Positions 37,601-45,576 of a stretch of DNA of 64,000 nucleotides are shown piece after piece. The stretch spans positions 2,015-66,014 of the forward strand of contig JAHBAE010000064.1 of the NCBI GenBank assembly GCA_018384485.1, given 5' to 3'. Every line of letters starts with the position of its first letter. The stretch's first letter is position 1. Under the pieces are notes generated by a model that worked only from the letters and a program-made list of their open reading frames with translations, made no database searches and had not been told where the DNA came from. A program made the position numbers and the translations under genes. This DNA comes from Kiritimatiellia bacterium. Its GTDB lineage: Bacteria > Verrucomicrobiota > Kiritimatiellia > RFP12 > UBA1067.

Positions 37601-37872
37601 GCGGCGTGCGTTTTGCCGCATCCGAGCCGATGTCAGTCCAGGCGCTTCACTGCTGCTGGGAAGATCTTGAGTTTGCGCGTCACCGCAACAATCAGAAGCG
37701 TTTCCGTTCCATCGTGGCGGCAAGAGATGAGGTTTATCTCAATCTCGATGTGCGCCAGGTTGGCCTTGGCGGCGGGAGCTGCGGACCGGATCCGATGAAA
37801 AAATATCTCTTCGATCCCAAGTCTCCCGTCAGTTGGACGCTCTCAATCGCGCCTCTTAACGCGGGGAAATGA
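34660..37872 (+). CDS. lacZ: Beta-galactosidase, GH2
   Basis: GH2 layout: NRHE, WSLGNETG (acid/base), FLCEYAHAMGN (nucleophile region) and a C-terminal small-chain domain (GRGPRENYIDR). SD AAAGGAG upstream. Confidence 0.9.
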   Translation: MNIAILAAAAVAAASPNWENLAVNSEGRMPPRTYSVPLADEQAAFSKELRIPSPYVKSLNGKWKISWVGDPAQRVMDFWKNGYDDSDWLEVNVPGCVELQGFGSPGYVNIRYPHAWDPKRDIANPTIRNRDTDKPDYNPVSSYRTSFTVPADWKGRDVFIRFDGVYSAYTLWVNGVKVGYAEDSKLPSEFNISDYINADLSRPNVLAVEVFRWCDGSFLEDQDMFRYSGIFRDVTIWSMPKGGVWDFHVATELKDDYKNAILSVTGCDGAEARLYDASGSLVGAFTAGPVALEVKNVRLWSAEDPYLYTLVLKKGGDIRSKKIGFKEQKIVGNTFFVNGKAIKLKGVNRHECSVDGGRTVSLADMIADIELFKKYNINTVRTSHYPNHHLWYDLCDLYGVYVVAEANVEGHEPGYDKDGLGRHPEWDHSIIERNERHVVFYRNNVSVTLWSLGNETGHGNGFRRAAAAVRAADPTRPIHWERGNEDVDVDSSMYPGVEWLIQRGKLGNEKPGAKGGLKSEAGGLGFAISGHTAGKPFFLCEYAHAMGNAVGNLQEYWDVFYEYPSLIGGCIWDWVDQAVWKYSGRVDPVTGKKERFLAYGGDWDEEPNDGPFCCNGVVDPFRNVSAKLIEVGHVYRNIVVSRSKDEKDNPHAVVLELWNRFGFTSPSSFDGLWRLRVDGVVSATGAFVPPALAPLSRCRFTIPGLAEALSRTSADSEVYLEVEFLTKADTIWAKKGWAVSRNQIDLSAKGVKSFLAEAKEPFMPKITESSRSVTVVAGTTKAEFCRKSGTLSSLEMDGRVILRDPIPGVVRGPRLTCARAFTDNDRRMRDGGSWRDRRHGGFYSKGLSQLSYHARPIKIEGGKIKTVVEVTGSKSAGFTHEAVWSFTAEGAIIVENKSLPHGDFPHNIPRIGLSLVLDPALERMAYYGRGPRENYIDRCTGSFLGLWESTVTEQYEPYVRPQDNGGKTAVRYVDFKDGAGRGVRFAASEPMSVQALHCCWEDLEFARHRNNQKRFRSIVAARDEVYLNLDVRQVGLGGGSCGPDPMKKYLFDPKSPVSWTLSIAPLNAGK

Positions 37873-37878
37873 TATAAT
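37870..37878 (+). promoter_or_regulatory. Extended -10 promoter TGATATAAT (near-leaderless tyrS mRNA)
   Basis: TGATATAATACG; the -10 ends 8 nt before ATG 37887. The TG is part of the lacZ stop codon TGA (37870-37872). Confidence 0.55.
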
Positions 37879-37886
37879 ACGCATTT

Positions 37887-39128
37887 ATGAATCTTATAGA
37901 AGAACTTAAGGCAAGAGGCCTTGTAGAAGCGTTGACCGACCCTGAGGTTGAAAAATCTCTTGAAAAGCTTTCTACTGTCTATTGTGGTTTTGATCCGAGT
38001 GCCAAGTCTCTTCAGGCGGGCAATCTCGTTTCCATAATGGTTTTACGCCGCTTTCAGCTTGCAGGCCACAAAGTGATCGCCCTCGTCGGGGGTGCTACGG
38101 GGCTTATTGGCGATCCGTCCGGCAAATCGGCAGAGCGCAATATGCTTACAGTCGCTCAAGTTGAGGAGAATAAGCGCGGCATCCGTGAAAACCTTTCGAG
38201 AATTCTCGATTTCGAAGGTCCTAACGCGGCAGTCCTCGTCGACAACTACGATTGGTATCGCAACACTTCTGCGATCGAGTTTCTGCGTGATATCGCCGTA
38301 AACTTCCGAGTCCCTCAGATGCTTGCGAAGGAGTCGGTGAAGAAGCGTCTTGAAGCGAGCGACGGAGCGCTTACATTCACGGAATTTTCGTATCAGATTC
38401 TTCAAGGCAACGACTTCCTGCATCTCTACGACAATTTCGGCTGCACGGTCGAGGTCGGCGGGGCAGACCAGTGGGGCAACATTACGGCAGGAACAGATCT
38501 TGTCCACCGCATGAGGGGTAAGTCGGTCTACGGCCTCACGTTCCCGCTTCTTCTCGATTCCTCCGGGCGCAAGTTCGGAAAAAGCGAAGGCAATGCGCTC
38601 TATCTTGATTCGTCGATGACTTCCGTCTTCGACTGGTATCAGTACTTCCTCCGCACGCCTGATGCGGATGTCATCAGGTATCTTAAAGTTTTCTCAATGA
38701 AATCTCTCGAGGAGATTAAAGCGCTTGAAGAGGAAATGAAGGCAAAGCCCGAGTCACGCATTCCGCAGCGCGCTCTCGCCGAGGAAATTACGCTTCTCGT
38801 TCACGGTGAGGAGGCTCTCCGCAAGGCTCAGGAGGCTACGGAGGCTCTCTATGCGAAAAAGACGGCCGCCGATGTCGCCAAGGCCGAGAATGTGCCGAGC
38901 GCAAGCGCCGTTCTTTCCGAGTGCGTCGGCAAGCCTGTTTTCGCAGTCGCATCTCAAGCCGGAATGTTTAAATCCAACGGCGAGGCCAGGCGCATGGCCC
39001 AGCAGGGTGGGCTTTCCATCAATGATGAAAAGGCGGGGCCTGATAGAATTTTTGCCGAGAGCGATGTTCGCGATTCTGTCGTCGTTCTTCGCTCGGGCAA
39101 GAAGAATTACTTCGTTCTGAAATTCTGA
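37887..39128 (+). CDS. tyrS: Tyrosyl-tRNA synthetase (noncanonical HIGH signature)
   Basis: VYCGFDPSAKSLQAGNL, LVGGATGLIGDPSGKSAERN, a KMSKS equivalent KFGKSEGN and a C-terminal S4 domain, all colinear with E. coli TyrS. Confidence 0.9.
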   Translation: MNLIEELKARGLVEALTDPEVEKSLEKLSTVYCGFDPSAKSLQAGNLVSIMVLRRFQLAGHKVIALVGGATGLIGDPSGKSAERNMLTVAQVEENKRGIRENLSRILDFEGPNAAVLVDNYDWYRNTSAIEFLRDIAVNFRVPQMLAKESVKKRLEASDGALTFTEFSYQILQGNDFLHLYDNFGCTVEVGGADQWGNITAGTDLVHRMRGKSVYGLTFPLLLDSSGRKFGKSEGNALYLDSSMTSVFDWYQYFLRTPDADVIRYLKVFSMKSLEEIKALEEEMKAKPESRIPQRALAEEITLLVHGEEALRKAQEATEALYAKKTAADVAKAENVPSASAVLSECVGKPVFAVASQAGMFKSNGEARRMAQQGGLSINDEKAGPDRIFAESDVRDSVVVLRSGKKNYFVLKF

Positions 39129-39174
39129 GGCGGCAGATTCTTATGCGGAATAAAGCTACAACGGAGACGAGAGC

Positions 39175-40302
39175 GTGAAGACGATCGAACGCTATGTTTT
39201 CGGCTCGTTTCTTTCGAGCTTTATTCTCGCATTTGTCGTGCTTTCGTTCGTGCTGACGATTGGGCTTCTCGTTCAGATCGTCGGCTTTATCATGGACGGC
39301 GTTCCTATGTCGCTGGTTGGCGAGTTCTGCATGGTTTCTCTTCCCGAAACTTTGCAATGGTCGGTGCCGCTTGCGCTTTTGGTAAGTTCCGTTCTTGTTT
39401 TTTCGCGTCTTAGCGCCGATAGTGAAATTGCCGCGATGCGCGCATGCGGAGTGAATCTCTTCACGGTCGTGAAGTGGCCGATTGTTTTCGCTTTTCTTTG
39501 CACGCTCCTCGGCTTTTATGTGAACAATGAGGTTGTGACGAGAGGTCATGAGATCCGACGCACGCTTAAAACGCGCGTTTCCGTAGGGGCGGGGCTGAGT
39601 GTTCTTGAGCCCGGGCGAGTGATTGACGAGTTTCCGAAGGTGAAACTTTACATTGGGTCGAAGGAAGGCAATTGGCTCTACGACTTCGTGGCTTTAGATC
39701 AGTCAAACACGAATCTTTCCCGCATGATCACCGCCGACAAGGCTCTTGTTACGCAGCGCGGGCGAGATGTCAATCTTGAGCTCTATGGCATGACGGTAGA
39801 CCCTCTCGATGAAAAACATCCGGGAATGGCGCGCTTCAGCCGCTTTTCGTATGTGCTTGAGGATGTATTGAAAGATTCCAAGTACCGCCGCCGTCCGAAG
39901 GATTACAGTTTCTTCCAGATGATGCGCCATATCGCCGACTGCGAAAAGGAAGTGGACGAGATTATTGCGCGCTCAGGTAAAGATAAAAAGGGGCTGGAGA
40001 TGGCGAAAAAGATGCGCCGCTTCTGCAGCTCTCTTAAAGTTGAGTTTATGAAGCGTTTCGCTTTTGCTCTCGCATCCGTCTGTTTTGTTCTTGTGGGCGT
40101 GCCGCTTGGCATTCGTTCCCACCGGAAGGAAAGTTCCATCGGCATGGCAATATCGCTCGCAGTTGCTCTCGGCTACTACATGGTCATCATCCTTATGCTT
40201 TCCTGCGATGAACTGTATGCGATTCGTCCGGAGCTGCTGATTTTCGCTCCCGCGCTCGTATGCTGTGCTTTTGGATGCTGGCTTTTGCGTCGCAACACGT
40301 GA
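39175..40302 (+). CDS. LptF/LptG (YjgP/YjgQ) family permease
   Basis: MKTIERYVFGSFLSSFILAF N-terminus, and 3+3 TM segments around a large periplasmic loop. GTG start with GGAGA upstream. Confidence 0.78.
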   Translation: MKTIERYVFGSFLSSFILAFVVLSFVLTIGLLVQIVGFIMDGVPMSLVGEFCMVSLPETLQWSVPLALLVSSVLVFSRLSADSEIAAMRACGVNLFTVVKWPIVFAFLCTLLGFYVNNEVVTRGHEIRRTLKTRVSVGAGLSVLEPGRVIDEFPKVKLYIGSKEGNWLYDFVALDQSNTNLSRMITADKALVTQRGRDVNLELYGMTVDPLDEKHPGMARFSRFSYVLEDVLKDSKYRRRPKDYSFFQMMRHIADCEKEVDEIIARSGKDKKGLEMAKKMRRFCSSLKVEFMKRFAFALASVCFVLVGVPLGIRSHRKESSIGMAISLAVALGYYMVIILMLSCDELYAIRPELLIFAPALVCCAFGCWLLRRNT

Positions 40303-40318
40303 GAGAAAGGGGGAAGAA

Positions 40319-41335
40319 GTGAGGTTTGCAGAGCCTGTCTTTCTTGTTTTTGCGGCATTAGTTCCCTTCGCAGGTGTTTTCTGGGCGTTTCTCCGCGCCC
40401 GCAGGGAGAAGGCTCTCGAGCGCATGGTAGCTCCGCCTTTGAAGGCGAATCTTATTCCTTCATCTTACGGTTTTAGTTCTATTCAGGCGTGGTGCATTAC
40501 GCTTGGTCTTTTTCTTGCTCTTTTTTCCGCCGCCCGTCCTCAGTGGGGCAAGGTGACTGAAAAATACATAGAGCGCAGCCGCAATGTCGTTGTGGCGGTG
40601 GATGTGTCGCGCTCAATGCTTGCGGAGGATGTGCGCCCTAACAGGCTTGAGCGCACAAAGGCGGACGTGGCGGATTTGATAGACTCTCTTGCGGGCGACC
40701 GCTGCGCGCTCGTCGCGTTTCGCCGCACTGGCGTTGCCGTATGTCCGTTGACTTCAGATCATGCGTTTTTGAGAAGTTCTCTTGAGCAGCTTGGGCCTGA
40801 TTCCGCCCCTCGCGGCGAGACTGACCTTGGCTCCGCAATACGCGCTTCGCTCGACGCGCTCGACCCTGCCGCCGACGATCACAATGCAATAATTCTTATT
40901 TCAGACGGTGGAGATTTGCGCGGCGAGGCGTTGCAGAATGCGGAGCTTGCAAAGAAGCGCGGAGTGCCTATTTTCACTGTCGGCATAGGAGACCCAAAGC
41001 GTGGCGCGGAGATACCTTCCGCCGATGGGCGCGGCAGCGAGAAATATAAAGGCGAGAAGGTGCTGGTGAAGCTTGAGGAGGATGCGCTTAAGGCAATTGC
41101 CCGCGCATCAAACGGGAGATATGTTCCGCTCGCCACCGCAGGCACCGTCGAGACGACGCTCGGGGCGATTTACAGAAATTTTCTGAGGCATGTTGCGGCG
41201 AAGGAACAGAATGAGGCGGCAGAGCGCACAGCCGACCGCTATCAAGTATTTCTCATTCCGTCGCTTGTGCTGCTCATTGCGGGAGCGTGCCTTTCGAGAG
41301 GCCGTTTCGCCGCCCGCGGGAAGGGGAAGGCGTGA
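40319..41335 (+). CDS. VWA domain protein, BatA-like
   Basis: N-terminal TMs, MIDAS VVVAVDVSRSM and a C-terminal TM. GTG 40319 preceded by GGGGGAAG. Confidence 0.72.
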   Translation: MRFAEPVFLVFAALVPFAGVFWAFLRARREKALERMVAPPLKANLIPSSYGFSSIQAWCITLGLFLALFSAARPQWGKVTEKYIERSRNVVVAVDVSRSMLAEDVRPNRLERTKADVADLIDSLAGDRCALVAFRRTGVAVCPLTSDHAFLRSSLEQLGPDSAPRGETDLGSAIRASLDALDPAADDHNAIILISDGGDLRGEALQNAELAKKRGVPIFTVGIGDPKRGAEIPSADGRGSEKYKGEKVLVKLEEDALKAIARASNGRYVPLATAGTVETTLGAIYRNFLRHVAAKEQNEAAERTADRYQVFLIPSLVLLIAGACLSRGRFAARGKGKA

Positions 41336-41736
41336 TCTCGCCAGAGACAATCGCAAGGATTGTCTCTCTTATGAACGAGGCTTCCGTTTTTGAGGAAGAT
41401 CTCGAAGAGACTTTTATCCTTGGCGGCGGGCCGGGAGGCCAGAAAACCAACAAGACATCAAATGTCGTAAGGCTCATTCACTTGCCGAGCGGCATTCAGA
41501 TGCGTTGCGGAGAGACGCGAAGCCGCGAAACAAACCGTTGGATCGCCCGTAGAATGATAGCCGAGACGATCTTGGAAAACGAGCACAAGCGCAAGTCGTC
41601 GGCTCGTGCGGCGGCAGAGAAGATCCGCCGTCAGAAACGCCGTAGGAGCAGGAGACAAAAGCAGAAGATGCTTGCGGAAAAGCACGCTCATTCCGAGATT
41701 AAAGCGATGCGCAGGAAAGTGACTGTCGATGAGTGA
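41332..41736 (+). CDS. RF-1-domain GGQ protein (ArfB/peptidyl-tRNA hydrolase-like)
   Basis: GGPGGQKTNKTSNVVRLIHLPSG plus a basic C-terminal tail (RRQKRRRSRRQKQK). GTG 41332 overlaps the upstream stop (GTGA). Confidence 0.72.
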   Translation: MISPETIARIVSLMNEASVFEEDLEETFILGGGPGGQKTNKTSNVVRLIHLPSGIQMRCGETRSRETNRWIARRMIAETILENEHKRKSSARAAAEKIRRQKRRRSRRQKQKMLAEKHAHSEIKAMRRKVTVDE

Positions 41737-42277
41737 ACAGAGCAAGGAAGAATCGGTAGCCCTTCATACTTGCTGCGGGCCTTGCGCGTCGGCTTGCGTG
41801 CCGAGGCTTCTGGAATGTGCAGATAAGGTTGTGATGGTCTTCGCCAATTCGAACATTGATTCCGCCGAGGAGTTCGAGCGCCGGCGTGCCGCCGCGCAAA
41901 AGCTCGCTGAGAGAGATGGAGTTGATTTTGTGGCGATTGAATACAATCATGAAGAGTGGCTCTCAGAGGTTGCTTCAGGGTTTGAAGGCGAAGCGGAGGG
42001 GGGAGCTCGCTGTGAAAGATGCTTTCTGTATTCGCTCAGGAAAACGGCGGAATATGCAGCGGCGGTGGGAATAAAAAAGTTCACTTCCTCGCTGACCGTC
42101 TCGCCTCACAAGAATTCAAAGAAGGTTTTTGCGGCAGGGGCTGCGGCAGGGGAGGGTTTTCTTGAGATGGACTTTAAGAAGAAAGACGGTTTTCTTCTTT
42201 CGGTGCGCAGGGCCGCCGAACTTGGGCTTTACAGGCAGAACTATTGCGGGTGCGAGTTCTCGAGGAATATGGTATAA
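41729..42277 (+). CDS. queH: Epoxyqueuosine reductase QueH (DUF208)
   Basis: HTCCGPCAS, ARCERCF and YRQNYCGCEFS Cys motifs. Confidence 0.85.
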   Translation: MSEQSKEESVALHTCCGPCASACVPRLLECADKVVMVFANSNIDSAEEFERRRAAAQKLAERDGVDFVAIEYNHEEWLSEVASGFEGEAEGGARCERCFLYSLRKTAEYAAAVGIKKFTSSLTVSPHKNSKKVFAAGAAAGEGFLEMDFKKKDGFLLSVRRAAELGLYRQNYCGCEFSRNMV

Positions 42278-42278
42278 T
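42270..42278 (+). promoter_or_regulatory. Extended -10 promoter TGGTATAAT for tatA-uvrC, embedded in the last codons of queH
   Basis: TGGTATAATACG; the queH stop TAA (42275-42277) lies inside the TATAAT. The 34-nt leader carries AAGGAGA. Confidence 0.55.
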
Positions 42279-42312
42279 ACGTTCATTAGAAGTCGTAATA
42301 AGGAGAAAATAA

Positions 42313-42516
42313 ATGAGACCTGGACTTTGGCAGATATTAATCGTAGTCGCTATAATCGCGATTCTTTTCGGCGCTAAGAAGATTCCTGAGCTGGCCCGTT
42401 CAATCGGCAAGGCTAAGGGAGAGTTCAAGAAAGGCCTTGTTGAAGGCGAGCAGGAAGAGGCTGCCGCTGAAAAAGAGCAGGAGAAAAAGGAAGAACCCGC
42501 CAAGGAAATCGCTTGA
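42313..42516 (+). CDS. tatA: Twin-arginine translocase subunit TatA/E
   Basis: WQILIVVAIIAILFGAKKIPELARSIGKAKGEFKKG. Confidence 0.88.
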   Translation: MRPGLWQILIVVAIIAILFGAKKIPELARSIGKAKGEFKKGLVEGEQEEAAAEKEQEKKEEPAKEIA

Positions 42517-43976
42517 CGGACCTTATCAGACAGCGGCTTAAGACCGTTCCTGACCGCCCCGGTTGTTATCTCATGCGAGATCGCCGGGGTACGATTATTT
42601 ATATAGGCAAGGCGAAAAATCTCCGTAAAAGAGTTCAGTCGTATTTTCGCCCTGGCGCAAAGCATGCGCCGAAAGTGCGCTCGATGGTGCGTCTCGTTTA
42701 TGACTTCGAGTTTATGACGGTCAAGAACGAGGCTGAATCTCTTCTGACGGAGTCGGCGCTCATAAAGCGTTATAAGCCTCACTTTAATATTTTGATGCGC
42801 GATGATAAACGCTATCTTTCATTGCGTGCCGATGGAGCGGAGAAGTGGCCGCGCTTTACATGTTGTCGGATTGTCCGTGATGATGGAGCGCGTTATTTCG
42901 GACCGTTTCCTTCGGCTCCTGTGGTGCGAGCCGCAAAGGATTTTGTCGAGAAGCGTTGGGGAATACGTGAATGCAAATGTATCATTCCCGATGAGCGTGC
43001 GCATAAACATTGCCTTGCAAATGTGATTCGTCGCTGCAGTGCGCCGTGTCTTGGGAAGATTTCAGAGGAGGATTACCGCGCGAATTTTGAGAAGGCATGC
43101 GCATTCCTTGATGGCAAGGCGCCTGAAGCGCTTGAGGAAGTTGAGCGGCAGATGCGTGAAAAGGCGGCGGCGGGAGATTACGAGGAAGCTGCGCGCTTAA
43201 GAGATACAGTTTCTGCTTTGAAGCAGATGACAAAAGCGCATTTCGTCAGAAAGACGCCGCAGATGCGTAGGGAGAGCGCCGAGAAGGCTCTTGAAGAGCT
43301 TGCGGAGGCAGTGGGGCTTAAGGCGCCGCCGCGCATTATTGAGTGCGTTGATATTTCAAATCTTTTCGGAGAGCATAATGTTGCCTCGCTCGTCGTGGCG
43401 CGTGACGGCCTTCCCGACGGCAGGCTTTACAGGCATTTTAAGATAAAGTCGTTTTCCGGAGCTGACGATCCCCGTGCGATGGCGGAGATTGTTATGCGCA
43501 GGTATTCTCCCGAATCGTCTATCTCCGCGTCTCTTCCGCGGGCAGATCTTTTTGTATGCGACGGCGGAATTACTCAGCTGCGTGCGGCCCGTGAGGTTTT
43601 TGCCTCGCTGGGCCTAAGCGATATTCCGACGATTGCGCTTGCGGAGAAGCAGGAAGAGATAGTGTTTGATGATGGCAGAGAGAATCTTCTACTTCCGCGG
43701 GATTCTGAGGCGCTGTTTGTGTTGACGCGCCTAAGGGACGAGGCTCATCGTTTTGCGCTCTCGTACCACAGGAAGCTGCGGCAGAAAGCGATACGCGAGT
43801 CGGTGCTTGACGAGGTGCCTGGAATAGGTGAGGCTAAGAAGTTGAAACTTCTGCGACGTTTTCGTTCAGTCCGTGGGATAGCGCGCGCTTCTGTGGATGA
43901 GATTGCTGAATGCGCCGGCGTTTCATCTGAAATTGCAGAAGAGGTTAGAAAGCGATGCTCGCCGCTACCGCTATGA
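42513..43976 (+). CDS. uvrC: Excinuclease ABC subunit C (short, 487 aa)
   Basis: GIY-YIG (PGCYLMRDRRGTIIYIGKAKNLRKRVQSYF), a UVR domain (YEEAARLRDTVSALKQ), an endonuclease domain (IECVDISN) and a C-terminal (HhH)2 (VPGIGEAKKLKLL). TTG start overlaps the tatA stop. Confidence 0.86.
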   Translation: MTDLIRQRLKTVPDRPGCYLMRDRRGTIIYIGKAKNLRKRVQSYFRPGAKHAPKVRSMVRLVYDFEFMTVKNEAESLLTESALIKRYKPHFNILMRDDKRYLSLRADGAEKWPRFTCCRIVRDDGARYFGPFPSAPVVRAAKDFVEKRWGIRECKCIIPDERAHKHCLANVIRRCSAPCLGKISEEDYRANFEKACAFLDGKAPEALEEVERQMREKAAAGDYEEAARLRDTVSALKQMTKAHFVRKTPQMRRESAEKALEELAEAVGLKAPPRIIECVDISNLFGEHNVASLVVARDGLPDGRLYRHFKIKSFSGADDPRAMAEIVMRRYSPESSISASLPRADLFVCDGGITQLRAAREVFASLGLSDIPTIALAEKQEEIVFDDGRENLLLPRDSEALFVLTRLRDEAHRFALSYHRKLRQKAIRESVLDEVPGIGEAKKLKLLRRFRSVRGIARASVDEIAECAGVSSEIAEEVRKRCSPLPL

Positions 43977-44083
43977 ACATCCACGCGCATCTCGTCTCTG
44001 CGTGAGACATTCAACTGCCGAATCTAGGTTAAACATCGGGGGAGATAGATATCTCAATAAACGCATGGATGAAAAATTGCGAT

Positions 44084-44123
44084 GCGCCAAGTCAAAGAAA
44101 ATGGCCGCAAGTCAAAGAAAAGA
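44084..44123. repeat. Tandem 20-bp direct repeat upstream of the lysC promoter
   Basis: GCGCCAAGTCAAAGAAAATG | GCCGCAAGTCAAAGAAAAGA (16/20 identical; the core CAAGTCAAAGAAAA is exact). It ends 34 nt before the -10. Confidence 0.6.
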
Positions 44124-44154
44124 GGGCTTATGCGTGAGTGTGGAAGGTGAATTA

Positions 44155-44163
44155 TGGTATAAT
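44155..44163 (+). promoter_or_regulatory. Extended -10 promoter TGGTATAAT for lysC-thiD
   Basis: TGGTATAATACG with a 28-nt purine-rich leader to ATG 44192. Confidence 0.55.
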
Positions 44164-44191
44164 ACGCGCCTGAAAAACAGGAAAAAAGAAG

Positions 44192-45556
44192 ATGAAAGTC
44201 TGCAAATTCGGAGGTTCGTCGCTTGCTGACGCGACGCAGTTGAACAAAGTCATGGATATCGTTCTGGCCGATCCCGCCAGAAGGATTGTTGTGGTGTCGG
44301 CTCCAGGCAAACGCCATTCGGGAGATACTAAGGTTACGGATCTTCTTATAACGCTTGCACAAAAGGCTATTGACGGAGAAAATACCGATCTTGCGTTCGG
44401 AGATGTCGTTGAGCGTTACGCTTCTATAGCGGACGAACTTAAGTTGGGTGATGGAATAACTAAAAAAATCGAGGCCGATCTTAAAGAGCGTCTTCAGCAA
44501 GTCTCCGCACTTGCAAACGAAGAGTTTCTCGATCTTATGAAAGCCGCAGGCGAGGATAACAACGCAAAGTTAGTTGCCGAGGCTTTTGCAGCGCGCGGCA
44601 AGGCGTCGCGATATGTTTCGCCGAAAGATACGGGGCTTGTTCTCAAGGGCGGTTTTGGCGATGCGCAGCTTGATCCCGATAGCTACGCACGTCTTTCTAG
44701 GGCGTTCTCCAATTTCGAGGGGCTCGTTATCTACCCTGGCTTTTTCGGCTATACGAAGGAAGGTAAGGTTGCCACGTTCCCGCGCGGAGGCTCCGATATC
44801 ACAGGCTCGATTCTCGCAGCAGCAGTTTGCGCTGATGTGTATGAAAACTTTACCGATGTTGATTCAGTCTATCCTTGCGATCCGCGCATTGTAGAAGATG
44901 TTAAGAAGGGTGAAGGCATCCCCACGATGACTTATCGTGAAATGCGCGAGCTTTCGTATGCCGGCTTCGGTGTCTTTAATGATGATGCCGTAATCCCGGC
45001 CGTTAAAGCGCGTATCCCGATTAATATTCGCAACACTAACCATCCGAGCGCGCCGGGCACTATGATTCAGCAGTCGCGCCGCGTCATTCCCGGCACGGTT
45101 GTGGGCATTGCTTCCGCCGACGGTTTTTGCAATATCGTCGTTGAGAAATATTTGATGAATCGCCAGATCGGCTTTGGCCGCAGGCTTCTTCAGGTTCTTG
45201 AAAATGAAGGCATTTCCTATGAACATATGCCTTCCGGCGTAGATTCGCAATGTGTCGTTGTGAAGGAACAGTTCCTTCCAAAGGAGAAAGAGCACAAGAT
45301 TATTCAGCATCTCCGTAAGGAGCTCGAGCCTGATTACATTACAATCGAGCGCGATCTTACGATGCTGATGGTAGTGGGCGAGGGCATGTGCTATACGCCG
45401 GGAATGCTTGCAAAAGCATGCTTGGCCCTTGCCTCTGCCGGCATTTCCATGTCGATGGTCAATCAAGGCTCTTCGGAAGTGTCGTTTATGATAGCCATCC
45501 GCAAGCAAGATAGAGACGCTGCGGTAAAAGCGCTGTATAAGGTGTTTTTCGGCTGA
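44192..45556 (+). CDS. lysC: Aspartate kinase (monofunctional, ~450-aa class)
   Basis: MKVCKFGGSSLADATQLNKV, VVVSAPGK and C-terminal ACT repeats (LTMLMVVGEGM). Confidence 0.9.
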   Translation: MKVCKFGGSSLADATQLNKVMDIVLADPARRIVVVSAPGKRHSGDTKVTDLLITLAQKAIDGENTDLAFGDVVERYASIADELKLGDGITKKIEADLKERLQQVSALANEEFLDLMKAAGEDNNAKLVAEAFAARGKASRYVSPKDTGLVLKGGFGDAQLDPDSYARLSRAFSNFEGLVIYPGFFGYTKEGKVATFPRGGSDITGSILAAAVCADVYENFTDVDSVYPCDPRIVEDVKKGEGIPTMTYREMRELSYAGFGVFNDDAVIPAVKARIPINIRNTNHPSAPGTMIQQSRRVIPGTVVGIASADGFCNIVVEKYLMNRQIGFGRRLLQVLENEGISYEHMPSGVDSQCVVVKEQFLPKEKEHKIIQHLRKELEPDYITIERDLTMLMVVGEGMCYTPGMLAKACLALASAGISMSMVNQGSSEVSFMIAIRKQDRDAAVKALYKVFFG

Positions 45557-45576
45557 AGGATGCGGCGTCAATTTTA

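Noticed and set aside
43897-44229. 110-aa + strand ORF (and the internal ATG 44066 ORF) covering the uvrC-lysC spacer
   Set aside because: It overlaps the uvrC 3' end and the lysC 5' end out of frame and has no SD. Its basic sequence is a by-product of the A-rich tandem repeat and promoter region.
45557-45576. Expected cis-regulatory RNAs: TPP riboswitch before thiD, lysine riboswitch before lysC, T-box before tyrS
   Set aside because: The gaps are too short (20 nt before thiD, a 28-nt leader for lysC, an 8-nt leader for tyrS) to hold any of these elements.
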